Numbered from the stretch's first letter, positions 47,773 through 60,873 are shown. The stretch is 64,000 bases of DNA from Dendrobates tinctorius (GCF_039654945.1 NW_027361891.1:8060001-8124000), one strand, 5' to 3'. Notes: generated by a model from the sequence alone, not told the origin. Program-made: numbers and translations.

Positions 47773-48498
47773 TTAGGGTTAGGTCCAGGGTTAGGGCTAG
47801 GGCTAGGGTTAGGGTTGGACTAAGGGTTAGGGTTGGACTAAGGGTTAGGGTTGGACTAAGGGTTAGGGTTGGACTAAGGGTTAGGGTTGGACTAGGGGTT
47901 AGGGTTGGACTAGGGGTTAGGGTTGGACTAGGGGTTAGGGTTGGACTAGGGGTTAGGGTTGGACTAGGGGTTAGGGTTGGACTAGGGGTTAGGGTTGGAC
48001 TAGGGGTTAGGCTTGGACTAGGGGTTAGGCTTGGACTAGGGGTTAGGCTTGGACTAGGGGTTAGGCTTGGACTAGGGGTTAGGCTTGGACTAGGGGTTAG
48101 GCTTGGACTAGGGGTTAGGCTTGGACTAGGGGTTAGGCTTGGACTAGGGGTTAGGCTTGGACTAGGGGTTAGGCTTGGACTAGGGGTTAGGCTTGGACTA
48201 GGGGTTAGGCTTGGACTAGGGGTTAGGCTTGGACTAGGGGTTAGGCTTGGACTAGGGGTTAGGCTTGAATTTAGGGTTAGGGTTGAATTTAGGGTTAGGG
48301 TTGAATTTAGGGTTAGGGTTGAATTTAGGGTTAGGGTTGAATTTAGGGTTAGGGTTGGAATTGGGATTAGGGTTGGGTTGGGGTTGGGATTACGGTTAGG
48401 CTTGTGGTTAGGGTTAGAGTTGGGATTTCGTTAGGGGTGTGTTGGGATTAGGGTTGTGGTTAGGGTTATGATTAGGGTTGGGATTAGGGTTAGGGTTG
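47773..48498 (+). repeat. Telomere-like (TTAGGG-derived) 18-bp repeat array
   Basis: Blocks of ggttagggttggactaag, ..ggactagg, ggttaggcttggactagg and ggttagggttgaatttag. Confidence 0.93.
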
Positions 48499-48509
48499 GA
48501 GATAGAATT

Positions 48510-51200
48510 GAGGGGTTTCCACTGTTTAGGCACATCAGGGGCTCTCCAAACGCGACATGGAGCCACCATTTATTCCAGCCAATTTTGCGTTCAAAAAGTC
48601 AAACGGTGCTCCCTCCATTTCGAGCCCCGACGTGTGCCCAAACAGTGGTGTACCCCCACTTATGGGGTATCAGGGTACTCAGGAAAAATTGCACAACAAC
48701 TTTGGGGGTCTAGTTTCTCCTGTTACCCTTGGGAAAATAAAAAAAATGGGGGCTAAAATAATTATTTTTGTGGAAAAAAAAAGATTTTTTATTTTCACGG
48801 TTCTGCGTTATAAACTTCTGTGAAGCACTTGGGGGTTCAACGTGCTCACCACACATTTAGATAAGTTCCTTGGGGGGTCTAGTTTCCAAAATGGGGTCAC
48901 TTGTGGGGGGTTTCCACTGTTTAGGTACATCAGGGGCTCTGCAAACGTAACATGACGCCCACAGACCATTCCATCAAGTCGGCATTTCAAAACGTCACTA
49001 CTTCCATTCCGAGCCCCAACGTGTCCCCGAACAGTGGTCCCCCCCCATATATGGGGTACCAGCGTACTCAGGACAAACTGGACAACAACTTTTGGGGTCC
49101 AATTTATCCTGTTACCCTTGTGAAAATAAATAATAGTGGGCTAAAAATCACTTTTTGAGGAAAAAAATTTTTTTTATTTTCACAGCTCTGCGTTATAAAC
49201 TTCTGTGAAGCACTTGGGGGTTCAAAGTGCTGACCTCACATCTAGATTAGTTCCTTAGGTGATATAGTTTCCAATATGGGGTCACTTGTGGGGGGTTTCC
49301 ACTGTTTAGGTACATCAGGGGCTCTGCAAATGTAGCATGACGCCCACAGACCATTCCATCAAGTCTTCATTTCAAAGCGTCACTACTTCCCTTCCGAGCC
49401 CCAACGTGTGCCCAAACAGTGGTCCCCCCCCACTTATGGGGTACCAGCATTCTCAGGACACACTGGACAACAACTTTTGGGGTCCAATTTATCCTGTTAC
49501 CCTTGTGAAAATAAAAAATAGTGGACTAAAAATAATTTTTTGAGGGAAAAAAAAATATTTTTTTATTTTCACGACTCTGCGTTATAAACTTCTGTGAAGC
49601 ACTTGGGGGTTCAAAGTGCTCACCACACATCTATATTAGTTTCTTGGGTGATCTAGTTTCCAAAATGGGGTCATTTGTGGGGGGTTTCCACTGTTTAGGT
49701 ACATCAGGGGCTCTGCAAACATAACATGACGCCCACAGACCATTCCGTCAAGTCGGCATTTCAAAACGTCACTACTTCCCTTCTGAGCCCCAACGTGTGC
49801 CCAAACAGTGGTCCCCCCCACATATGTGGTACCAGCGTACTCAGGACAAGCTGGACAACAACTTTTGGGGTCCAATTTATCCTGTTACCTTTGTGAAAAT
49901 AAAAAATAGCAGGCTAAAAATTTATTTTTTGAGGGAAAAAAAATATTTTTATTTTAACGTCTCTGCGTTATAAACTTCTGTGTAGCACCTGGGGGTTCAA
50001 AGTGCTCACTATGCATCTAGATAAGTTCCTTAGGGGGTCTAGTTTCCAAAATGGGGTCATTTGTGGGGGAGCTCCAAAGTTTACGCACACAGGGGCTCTG
50101 CAAACACAACATGGTGTCCGCTAACGATTGGAGCTAATTTTCCATTCAAAAAGTCAAATGACGCTCCTTCCCTTCTGAGCCATGCCGTGTGCTCAAACAG
50201 TGGTTTTCCCCCACATATGGGGTACCAGTGTACTCAGGACAAACTGGACAACAACTTTTGGGGTACAATTTATCCTGTTACCCTTGGGAAAATAAAAAAT
50301 AGCGGGCTAAAAAATCATTTTTGAGGAAAAAAATTATTTTTTTATTTTCACTGCTCTGCGTTATAAACTTCTGTGAAGCACTTGGGGGTTCAAAGTGCTC
50401 ACCACACATCTAGATAAGTTCCTTCGGGGGTCTAGTTTCCAAAATGGGGTCACTTGTGGGGGAGCTCCAATGTTTAGGCACACAGGGGCTCTCCAAATGC
50501 GACATGGTGTCCGCTAACGATTGGAGCTAATTTTCCAATCAAAAAGTCACATGGCGCTCCTTCCCTTCCGGGCCTTGCAGTGCGCCCAAACAGTGGTTTA
50601 TGACCACATGTGAGATATTGATGTACTCAGGAGAAATTGCCCAACAAATTTTAGGATCCATTTTATCCTGTTGCCCATGTGAAAATGAAAAAACTGAGGC
50701 CAAATAAAATTTTTGTGAAAAAAAAAAAAAAAAAAGTACTTTTTTTTTTTTTTTTTACAGATCAATTTGTGAAGCACCTGGGGATTCAAAGTGCTCACTA
50801 TGCATCTAGATAAGTTCCTTGGAGGGTCTTGTTTCCAAAATGGGCTCACTTGTGGGGGAGCTCCAATGTTTAGGCACACAGGTACTCTTAAAACAAGACA
50901 TGGCAACCGCTAAACATTCAAGCATATTTTACATTCAAAAAGTAAAATGGCGCTCCTTGCCTTCTGAGCCCTGCCGTGCGCCCAAACAGTGGTTTATGAC
51001 CACATATGAGGTATCGCTGTACTCAGGAGAAATTGCCCAACAAATTTTAGGATACATTTTATCCTGTTACCCATGTGAAAATGAAAAAAAACTGATGCTA
51101 AAATAAAATTTTGGTTGGAAAAATTAAAATGTCCATTTTTTCATTCCATGTTGCTTTAGTTCCTGTGAAGCACCTGAAGGGTTAATAATCTTCTTGAATG
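48510..51200. repeat. ~390-bp tandem repeat, about 7 units, inside P2
   Basis: Unit marker tgtttaggcacatcaggggctct and variants recur near 48520, 48915, 49300, 49690, 50080, 50470 and 50865. Confidence 0.9.
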
Positions 51201-52498
51201 TAGTTTTGAGTAGCTTGAGGGGTGCAGTTTTTAGAATGGTGACACTTTTGGGTATTTTCTGCCATTTAGACCCCTCAAAGTGACTTCAAATGTGAGGTGG
51301 TCCCTAAAAAAAATGGTTTTGTAAATTTTGTTGTAAAAATGAGAAATCGCTGGTCAACTTTTAACCCTTATAACTTCCTAACGAAAAAAAATGTTGTTTC
51401 CAAAATTGTGCTGATGTAAAGTAGACATGTGGGAAATGTTATTTATTAACTATTTTGTGTCACATAACTCTGTGGTTTAACAGAATAAAAATTCAAAATT
51501 TGAAAATTGCAAAATTTTCAAAGTTTTCGCCAAATTTCCATTTTTTTCACAAACGCAAAAATTATCAACCTAAATTTACCACTATCATGAAGCCCAATAT
51601 GTCACGAAAAAACAATCTCGGAATCGCTAGGATGCGTTGAAGTGTTCCTGAGTTATTACCTCATAAAGGGACATTGGTCAGAATTGCAAAAAATGGCCAG
51701 GTCATTAAGGTCAAAATAGGCTGGGTCATGAAGGGGTTAATAGAACCCTGGGGTCAGAATCAGAGCGCTGAGGGATTTGCCCTAACTACCATACAGGAGA
51801 TCCCTTTAAGAGAGCCTGGGGTCAGTACCAGAGCATTTGAAGTAAATTGCCCTGACTTCCATACAGGAGATTCCTTTAAGAAAGGCCTGGGGTCAGTACC
51901 AAAGTACAGAGTGGATTTGCCTTAAATTCCATACCAGTGATCCCTTTAAGAGAAACTGGGCTCAGAACCACAGAGCTGAGTGGAAACGGTCCTAACTTCC
52001 ATACTGGAGATCCCTGTAACAGAGGCCTGGGGTCAAAACCAAAGCCCTGGATGGATTTGCTCTGACTTCCATACCAATGATCCCTTTAAGAGGGAAGATG
52101 TGCCTATATGATGGAGGATGTGTCATGTTGATATAGGCATGGGAGGGGGTGATTCATTTCTGTCATGTGCTCTCTGCTCCTTTCTGGGGGGCAGACAATG
52201 GCTGGGAGCTTATGTTCCCAGGGATGCTAGATTTCTTCCACCATGTCAGTGTCTGCTGAGGTGTTGTCAAGTGGGAAAACTTGCTCATAGCAACCAGTCA
52301 TAGCTCAGCTACATTTAACCAGCTCTGGTGAAATGAGAGATGCTTAGTGATTGGTTGGTAATACACACACACACATTCAGTTTTATATATAGAGATTATT
52401 ATAAACCTTTTGACCTATGTATATTACATCTCTTTCTGCTGCTTGTCGCGACCTTGTGTGCACTCATGTTATGGTATACCTTATAAAAAGGATTGTTT

Positions 52499-55400
52499 TT
52501 TATTCGGTCGTCCATGACAGCACCACCTAAGAGAGGGGATCCGCCCTTCAGGAACAGGAAACCTACAGATACAAAAGGGCGGCACCTCTCCCACGCATCA
52601 GTTGGTTTCCTGTTCCAAGAGGACCGGACTTCCTTCAGATCGTCCGTCATGGAGTCGTCGAGGGATTCACAGGCCGGCTGACCGACCCAGTCAAGCTCGG
52701 GGTCCCTGGAAGCGCCACGGTGGGGCCGGGTAGGTCGCCACGGCAGTGGTTGGAGCAGGTGGAGCAGAGGGTCCGGTGGACAGCCTCCTCCAGAGTGCCG
52801 GCACCAAGAGGTATGTATGCCGGGCCCCTCCTGGTGCGCTCCCCCCCGGGTCCGGTCTCCCTTTCCGTCCGTGCCGGCGGTTGCGCCCAGTCGGCGGGCG
52901 CAGGGCGGCGCACGTGGGGGCTTCAGGCATGTCTGAGCCGGGGGCGCCGTGCCGGCTCCTTTCCGCGCGCTCCCGCGGTCTCAGACGAGCGGCGGAAGGG
53001 GTGTGTGCTCGGCTGTCCTGGGTAGCGCGCGGTGCCCGTGGCGGGTGGGGGGTGGCCGGTGCATGCAGGGGGGAGGTCAAGGGGGAGTCCCGGGTGGGAG
53101 GTGCCGCGCCAGAACCCTGCTGACCCGGACACTAGGAGGCCTTATTAGGCAGGAGGTGACGCTGCTGGGGTGCTTCTGAAGGCCCAGCAATGGATACGAC
53201 AGAAGCCCCCATAGAGCAGCAGGACGAGGTGCAGGAGCACCCACAGAAACAGGCCACGGTAAAGCCTCATGCGAGTGGCCAGCAGAAGAAACAGAAACGA
53301 ATAAGCGAACAAAGCCACAGAAGTTCCTCCAGACTAAAGGACCCTCCTGCCTCCCTCCGTGATCCGGTACCTACCTCATCTGCATGGGTAAGAGATCTCC
53401 GTGAATGTACCCTGATGCAGTGTTCCCTTATGTTTTCCCGTAGCTTTCTTCCCCTGCGAAAAAAACATAAGCACAGGGAATGTGCCCTCTGTAGTTGCCC
53501 CTTGCCAAACGGCCACCCTAAAAAGTTGTGTCAGCCATGTGTGCGACAAACGGTAGGGGTGGAAGGGGACGGTGGCCCAGGGGTAGATTGACAGGCCCTT
53601 ACACTCTCCCCCGTCCATACAGGTAGCGGAAGAAACGCCAGACTTCACCACAAGCCTGAGGGAGATAATCAGGACAGAGATGAAGGCCCTATCTAAAAGG
53701 GATTCTTCTAGGGGAAGAGAATTTAGTATCTCAGGTTCGGAGTCCTCGGCCGCCCCTAGGAACGATGACTCCTCAGATTCCCCGGCCTCCACTTCGTCTT
53801 CTTCGGAGGAAGACTCGAGCCGATTCTGCTTCCCCTTAGACCAAATGGATCGGCTAGTTAAAGCAATAAGGTCCACCATGGGGGTAGCAGACGCCAAGCC
53901 AGAACTTTCGGCACAGGACGTGATGTTCGGGGGTCTAGATCCCAGAAAGCGCAGGGCCTTTCCATTAAATGATAAGGTCCAGAGCCTGATAAATAGGGAA
54001 TGGAAGAGACCTGAAAAAAGGGGCTCCTTACCACCTGCCTTCAAGCGGAGGTACCCGTTTGATGACCCAGTGGTAAACAGATGGGATAAGGCCCCTAAAC
54101 TGGACGCGGCAGTAGCCAAAGCCTCCAAAAAATCCTCCATACCGTTCGATGACATGGCCTCCTTAAAAGACCCGCTGGATAAAAAAGCGGATTCTTTCCT
54201 AAAGGGAACATGGGAGATGTCAGCAGGCGCTCTAAGACCAGCAATAGCTGCCACATGTACGGCCAGATCCATGATGGTCTGGCTAGATCAACTGGATTCC
54301 CAACTGACGGACGGAGCCTCAAGAGCATCCATTCGAAAAACTCTACCAATCATCCAAAGTGCTGCTGCTTTTTTGGCTGATGCTTCAGCAGACTCTGCAA
54401 GGATGGCGGCTAGGACCGCGGGTTTATCTAACGCAGCACGAAGGGCTCTCTGGTTAAAATGCTGGCCAGGAGATATCCAGGCCAGGTCACGACTCTGCTC
54501 CATTCCATGTGAGGGGGAATATCTGTTTGGCCCCGTCTTGGATGAACTTTTAGAGAAAGCCGGGGATGATAAAAAGAAGTTCCCCAGTCTGCCGAATCCT
54601 TCTTATAGACGTCCCTTTACCAGGAAAGGATATTTCCGTAGTAGGCCGTCCAGGGATCAGGGCAGATGGGATGACAAAAGGAGAGGTACAGAATTCATGT
54701 TCGGAGGAGGGGGGCGCCAGGAAGGTCCAGCACGTGACACTAAAAAGCCGCCCCAATGACTAGTTGCTCCGGTAGGGGGGAGACTAGCTGCCTTCTACCC
54801 AGCCTGGTCTATGATTTCTAGTAGTAACTGGATACTGGGGGTGATAGCTGTGGGTCTACGACTAGAATTCACCCGAGTTCCCCAAGATCGATTTAAGGTC
54901 ACCCCACTCAGGACTTCCACGTCAGAACAAGCTGCCCTGGAGGCCGAGGTTCATGATCTTTGCCGCAAGAAGGTCCTAACTATGGTTCCAGAGGGAGAAA
55001 AGGGGAAAGGTTTCTACTCCCCTCTGTTCCTGGTCCGCAAGCCAGACAGCTCCTTTAGGACTATAATAAATCTTAAGTCCCTCAACGAATTCCTGGTCAT
55101 ACGCCCGTTCAAAATGGAGACAATTAATTCAACAATAAAATTGCTGTTTCAAAATTGCTTTATGGTAGTGTTAGATTTAAAAGATGCCTACTACCATATA
55201 CCCATTCATACAGCTCATCAGCGTTTCCTCAGAGTGGCGGTTCAGTTAGATGGGTCAGTTCAACATTTCCAATATGCGGCCCTCCCCTTTGGGGTGGCAG
55301 TCGCTCCCCGAGTGTTTACTAAAGTGGTAGCGGAAGTTATGGCCCATCTACGTGAATCAGACATTCTAGTAGCCCCCTACTTAGATGACTTCCTGATTGT

Positions 55401-58037
55401 AGGGAAAACGGCGAAACATTCTGTGGAACAGCTACAAACAGCAATGTCTGCCCTAGAGCGGTTAGGATGGCTGCTTAACATCAAAAAATCTCGGTTACAG
55501 CCGGTGAGAGTCCAACAATTCTTGGGCCTGATCCTGGATTCTGAGAAACAGGAATGCCGTCTGCCTCCGGAGAAGCTTGTTCGCCTACACTATCAGGTCC
55601 TGAACGCTTCCAATAACCCTACCATGTCCCTCAGGAAAGCCATGTCCCTTCTGGGTTCTCTTTCGTCCTGTGTCCCAGCGGTCCAGTGGGCCCAGTTTCA
55701 TTTAAGAACACTACAGGGCGAAGTCTTAGTGCATCAAAGAATCCTTGGGGGTTACTTAGAGGGCCAGCTAACCTTGTCCCGAAACACAAGGGAGTCCCTA
55801 GAGTGGTGGCTAGACAAGGATAATTTATCCAGAGGGGTTCCCTGGGAGTATGACATCCCGCATAATCACCACGGATGCTAGCCCTTCCGGTTCGGGGGCT
55901 CATATGGGTGAGATTCTGGTCCAGGGCCTATGGGAGCATCATCAGATAGAAATGTCATCTAACCTGAAAGAATTGACAGCAGTAGAACAGGCAGCTAAGA
56001 GGCTACTTGTGTATCTACAAGGCCATCATGTGCGAGTGTTCTCCGACAATCAGGTCACCGTGGCTTATATCAACCACCAAGGCGGGACTCGTTCCAAACC
56101 CCTGATGAATGTGGCAGAACGGTTGTTCCGGCTAGCAGAGCGGCATTTTCTATCTTTAACAGCTCTACACATAAAAGGGAAAGAAAATATCACGGCAGAT
56201 TTCTTAAGCCGCAATCTGCTAAAACAAGGAAAATGGTCCCTAAAAACCTCCATCTTCGACCTGATTGTACAAAAGTGGGGACAACTAGAGGTAGATCTCT
56301 TCGCCACCATGGAAAACAGAAAATTAAGACAATTCTGCTCCCTAAATCCCAGAGAGAACCCCCTGGCGGTAGATGCCTTTCTGATAAAGTGGGACTTCAG
56401 GCTAGCATACGCCTTCCCTCCCCTATCGCTACTACCCCAGTGATGAGGAAAATCAGGAGAGACAGAGCAAGGGTTATACTTATCGCTCCATTTTGACCCA
56501 GGAGGGCATGGTTCTCATGCCTCAGGACAATGTCGGTGTCTGATCCTTGGGTCCTTCCGGACATCCCGGATCTCCTATCCCAGGGCCCAGTCTTTCATCC
56601 TCAGGTGGCTGGCCTACATCTGACGGCGTGGAGTTTGAACGGACACTGCTAAAAGAGAAAGGCTTCTCCCCAGACCTGATTAACACCCTACTTAAAAGTA
56701 AAAAAATCGTTACTACCAAAATCTATGTCAGAATTTGCAAGAAATTCCTTCAGGACTCTGCAATAGTCGCTGGGGGTTCAGCACCTATAAATCACATTTT
56801 AGAGTTTCTTCAGATAGGTCTGGATATGGGGCTTTCCACTAGTACCCTTAAAGTACAGGTATCAGCCTTGGGGGCCCTCTTTAGCTGCAACATCGCGGGT
56901 AATTACTGGATCAGTAGATTCATTAAGGCAGCAGGTAGATCCAGGCCAATAATCAAGGATAGATTCATGCCGTGGGACTTGAACCTAGTCCTCACGGCTA
57001 TGACTGAGGCTCCATTCGAACCTATTTCATCAGCTTCCATAAAAAACCTATCCCTTAAAGTAGCCTTCCTGATAGCTCTAAACTCAGCTCGTAGAGTAAG
57101 CGACATCCAGGCATTATCTAGGCGTCCTCCTTATATACAGTTTAAGGACGATAGGGTAATACTCAGACCTGATCCGGCGTACTTACCTAAGGTAGTTTCT
57201 AGCTGACACAGGAATTAGTCCTTCCATCCTTCCTCCCTAATCCAGCTAATGAGAAGGAAGAGAAACTACACACCCTAGATGTTAGGAAATGCCTCATAGA
57301 ATATCTGGCAGTTACCAATCCCTGGAGAAAAGATAATGCCCTGTTTGTCTCCCATCAAGACCCTAGGAAAGGTTGTAGAGTGTCAAAAAACACACTAGCT
57401 AGGTGGATTAGAGAGGCGATTTCAATAGCATACACCTCAAAAGGCAGGTCGCCACCCGGGAAGCTGAGGGCGCATTCCACCAGAGCCATGGCGACCTCGT
57501 GGGCCGAGAGATCAGAAGTCTCCATCGACCAAATATGTAAGGTGGCTACTTGGTCCTCTCCGAGCACCTTTTATAGTCATTATAGGCTAGACTTGGGTGC
57601 TTCCACAGACCTCTCTGTTGGTATAAGGGTGCTGCAGGCTGTAGTTCCTCCCTAAATAGTTATTACTCTCTGTAATTCTCTCAGGTGGTGCTGTCATGGA
57701 CGACCGAATAAAGTCGTAGTTACTCATCGGTTAACGGTATTTTTCGGAGTCCATGACAGCACCCGTATATTCCCTCCCTTTAGTTTAAAATTGGGGTGTG
57801 CACTTCTTCCTCTTATATGTACACGGGTAATTTAAATAGTCGTGTAAAGTATTGTATATAGATTATGCTATTAACGATTGTGGTCCTCTTGTGCTCTGTA
57901 ATCCAGCTGATGTGTGGGAGAGGTGCCGCCCTTTTGTATCTGTAGGTTTCCTGTTCCTGAAGGGCGGATCCCCTCTCTCAAGTGGTGCTGTCATGGACTC
58001 CGAAAAATACCGTTAACCGGTGAGTAACTACGACTTT
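52499..58037 (+). mobile_element. DIRS1-type retrotransposon E, full length, several frameshifts
   Basis: Left end tttattcggtcgtccatgacagcacc; ICR ~57686-57763; right end aactacgacttt. gag 53190-54759, RT 54760-55881, RH/MT and YR fragments to 57655. Confidence 0.95.
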
Positions 58038-60300
58038 CATTTGAATTATAGCCTCAATTGTTTGAGGTTATGCTGCTGTTATTTTTATTTGTGCAAACCA
58101 TTTGTGGCTGATCTTTGGTATTATAATTTGAAAACTTAGTGGATTTGTGTTAAAAGTGAAACCATGTTGCCACCTATACATTGAATGGAAATATACGAAG
58201 ATTTTCAGAACAGAAGAAGTTGGGTATTGATATTCTGGTTACAAGTAAGCTAAGCAGCAATACTCAATGTCGAGTAGCAGCTGCAAACAAGATTTCATAA
58301 TGTAAATATCATCTAAATATATTTAATATATTAAATATACTAAATATAAATGTCATCTAACTATATTAATAACCGGCTATAAATTCCTCCTAAGGCCATA
58401 TCTTGATTATGGGTTTCGGGTTTTGGCTCCACATTCTGTAAAGGATATTGGAAATAGGATATTGCCAGTTCAAAGGCGGGCTTGTTTAGCTTAGTAAAAA
58501 GGCGCCTCAGAGAAGATCTCATTTATATGTGTGATAAATACAAAGGCCTGACACATGATTTACCCCGCAAAGGACCTTACAAAGGACCAAGGGGCACTCA
58601 TTAGAGTGTAGCGGATAGGTGATTCTTTTGTGTAAATAGGAAAGGGTTCTCTGTAGTTAGAGCAGTTAGACTAGAAATACCGTACCACAAGAGGCAGTTA
58701 TGGCAGACACTGTAACCGTGTGTAATAAAGGGCTGAATGCTTTTCTCGCAACAAATGACATTGTGACTTATAAATAATCTAGCAATAGAAAATATCTGAC
58801 TGGTCAAGGAAGCCTGAACTTGATGGATCGATGTCTTTTTCTTTTTTTTTTTTTTCAACCTATGTAACTTTATAGCTGGATGCTTGTAGCCAGCCATTCT
58901 TTTTTTTAGCACATTGAGGTTTAGCCAGATATTGGGTACTAAGGTCCATTATCTCCTGTTCTGGACAGCATTGGGGGTAGGATCCTGCTGCAGCCAGTTA
59001 TTTTGTACTGATCACACTTTTTTTTTTTTTCATAAAGAATTCATACTGAAAATCCCTTATTGTGGCTGTATTTGCTGAATGTGCGAAGATTTCTGAAAGC
59101 AGCATTCATGTGTATGGCAAAGCCTTATCTATCTTAGAAAAGTCTGTAACAAAGGTGACACGTGTAAAATCTTCTTAGTGGTCTATAAACATGGACACAG
59201 GATGTAAAAGTGGCTGCAGAGCAGTATACAACTTTTTTTTTTCTCCTTTGTTGCGCAGATATTAGCAATCAGTATTTGCCGCCTAGTTAACACCCACTTG
59301 GCCTTAACAGAGGGTTATCAGCAGATAGCAACTCATTCAACAAGTACCAACCCCAATGAAAACACCCACTTGGCGTAAGTAATGTTAACTCTTTAGGTGC
59401 CAAAAACTTTGCTTATAACTCCGCTACAGAGAGGCGAAATAAAAAACCCCACCATTTAAATACCGCTCTGCAGCCACTATCACCTGGTGTGTCCAGTCTG
59501 ACATGTCAAATGTGGTGAAAGTTCCACGCAACTGATTTTTGACCACAGACCATATCAAAGTTCAATGTGCATAGAAATTTAAAAAAAAAATTTAGCAGTG
59601 TTTGACTCTTACAGGCTCTTTAGGAAACCTAATTGCAAAAATTGATTTTTAGCCCTAAATGCATGCATTTAAGACTAAAAGAAAAATAAATGGTCCACAA
59701 AGCTGTCCAGGAACGTATTCCCGTCATTTGCTGAATAAATAAAAGAAAATATTCTTTTTCTGTGGTGAAGATATGTAGTTATTTTGTACCTAACACCTGA
59801 TGGAACGCGTTTTAAAAATTCTGTCCCCACCTGACGCTATCAGTACTGCAAAAATAGATAACAAAGTGCACATAGAGCTATGCAATCGAGATCTTGGTTA
59901 AAGGGTTTGTCTGACAGCGAAATAAATATTGTCATGCATGGACTGATTAAAAAACCAATAAACTGAGGCATATTTCGCTTCCAGCGCAGGCCGCCCCGTA
60001 GATCTTCACTTGCTCTGAAGTCAGTTTTGCCCAGTCTGAAAGTCACAGCATCGCTGCTGCCATTTGAGTGCTATGCCTTCCAAAAGGGGCAGACACCTCT
60101 TCCGAAGCCAGTGCAGACCTCCAGGGCAGCCTGTGCTTGATCTGCAGATTCGCGAGATTCGGAGTATGCCTCACTTATTTAAAAAATGTATATATTTTAC
60201 AATTCGACAACCCCCTTTAATTGTCTTCTATATGGCTGTATTGTGCTTGTCTGGGATGACTGCTGTTAATCAACCAATAATATTTTCCTCCTTTCTTTAG

Positions 60301-60391
60301 GCACAGCGCTTGTGTAAAAGATGTGGTCAAGCCTGGAGAGCAGCAACATTGGAGGGGTGGAAACTTTATCACGACCCCAACATAACTAAAG
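60301..60391 (+). CDS. NUP107: NUP107 internal exon ([31 protein letters not shown])
   Basis: ctttag| acceptor and |gtagtg donor; 91 nt, phase 0/1. [11 protein letters not shown] motif. Confidence 0.97.
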
Positions 60392-60873
60392 GTAGTGTTC
60401 AATGTGGACCTTCAGATCTTTCCAGTTGTGAAATGTACTATTCTCTGGGTGTTCGTTTGTTTCCATGCCAAAGGACAGTCTACTCTTTTTAATATTACAT
60501 TGGGTTACATGATCAGTCTGGAAGATGGGGTGGGTGAGCATGAAGAGCAAGACAATTGGAAAGTATTAGTAATGAGCGAATGTGCTCTGATAAGGTGTTA
60601 TCCAAGAATGCTCAGGTGCTAACAAGTGACTTTCAAGACCCCGCGGCTGCATGTCTCACAGCTGTTCGACAGCCTAAACACATGCAGGGATTGCCTAACA
60701 ACCATCCAAGAGACATGCAGCCGCTATTTGTCTGTAAATAAAGATATTTAAGGAGCACGCTGAAGTCACACAGCACCCGAGCATGCTCGGATAACACATT
60801 ATCTGAACAGGTTCGCTCATCACTTGAAAGTGCTGAAAGACATTTGCTTTGTTTTGGTGTGCTTTTCATGTAG

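Larger units (their letters stand above)
47016..51736. mobile_element. TTAA-flanked piggyBac-like non-autonomous element P2
   Basis: ttaa|ccccttcacgacc ... ggtcatgaagggg|ttaa; no transposase ORF. Confidence 0.85.
46389..52395 (-). mobile_element. Non-autonomous Helitron H3, split by P2
   Basis: CTAG end with a gcccgg/ccgggc hairpin; A|TC start at 52395. The same ~60-bp repeat (ctggggtcagaaccagagc...gatccctttaa) lies on both sides of P2. Confidence 0.7.

Noticed and set aside
47773-48498. True telomere or chromosome fusion site
   Set aside because: The array has a single orientation, consists of variant 18-mers and is enclosed by the TIRs of a TTAA element.
53376-54272. Long antisense ORFs over DIRS gag (also 25522-26532 and 7758-8366)
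   Set aside because: They are codon-aligned shadows of gag with no independent motifs or consistent starts, so I cannot support them as genes.
58040-60300. Possible intronic snoRNA or additional exon in the less repetitive intron segments
   Set aside because: I found no convincing C/D or H/ACA arrangement by eye, and the NUP107 peptide is continuous without extra exons. An Rfam scan would be needed to exclude ncRNAs.
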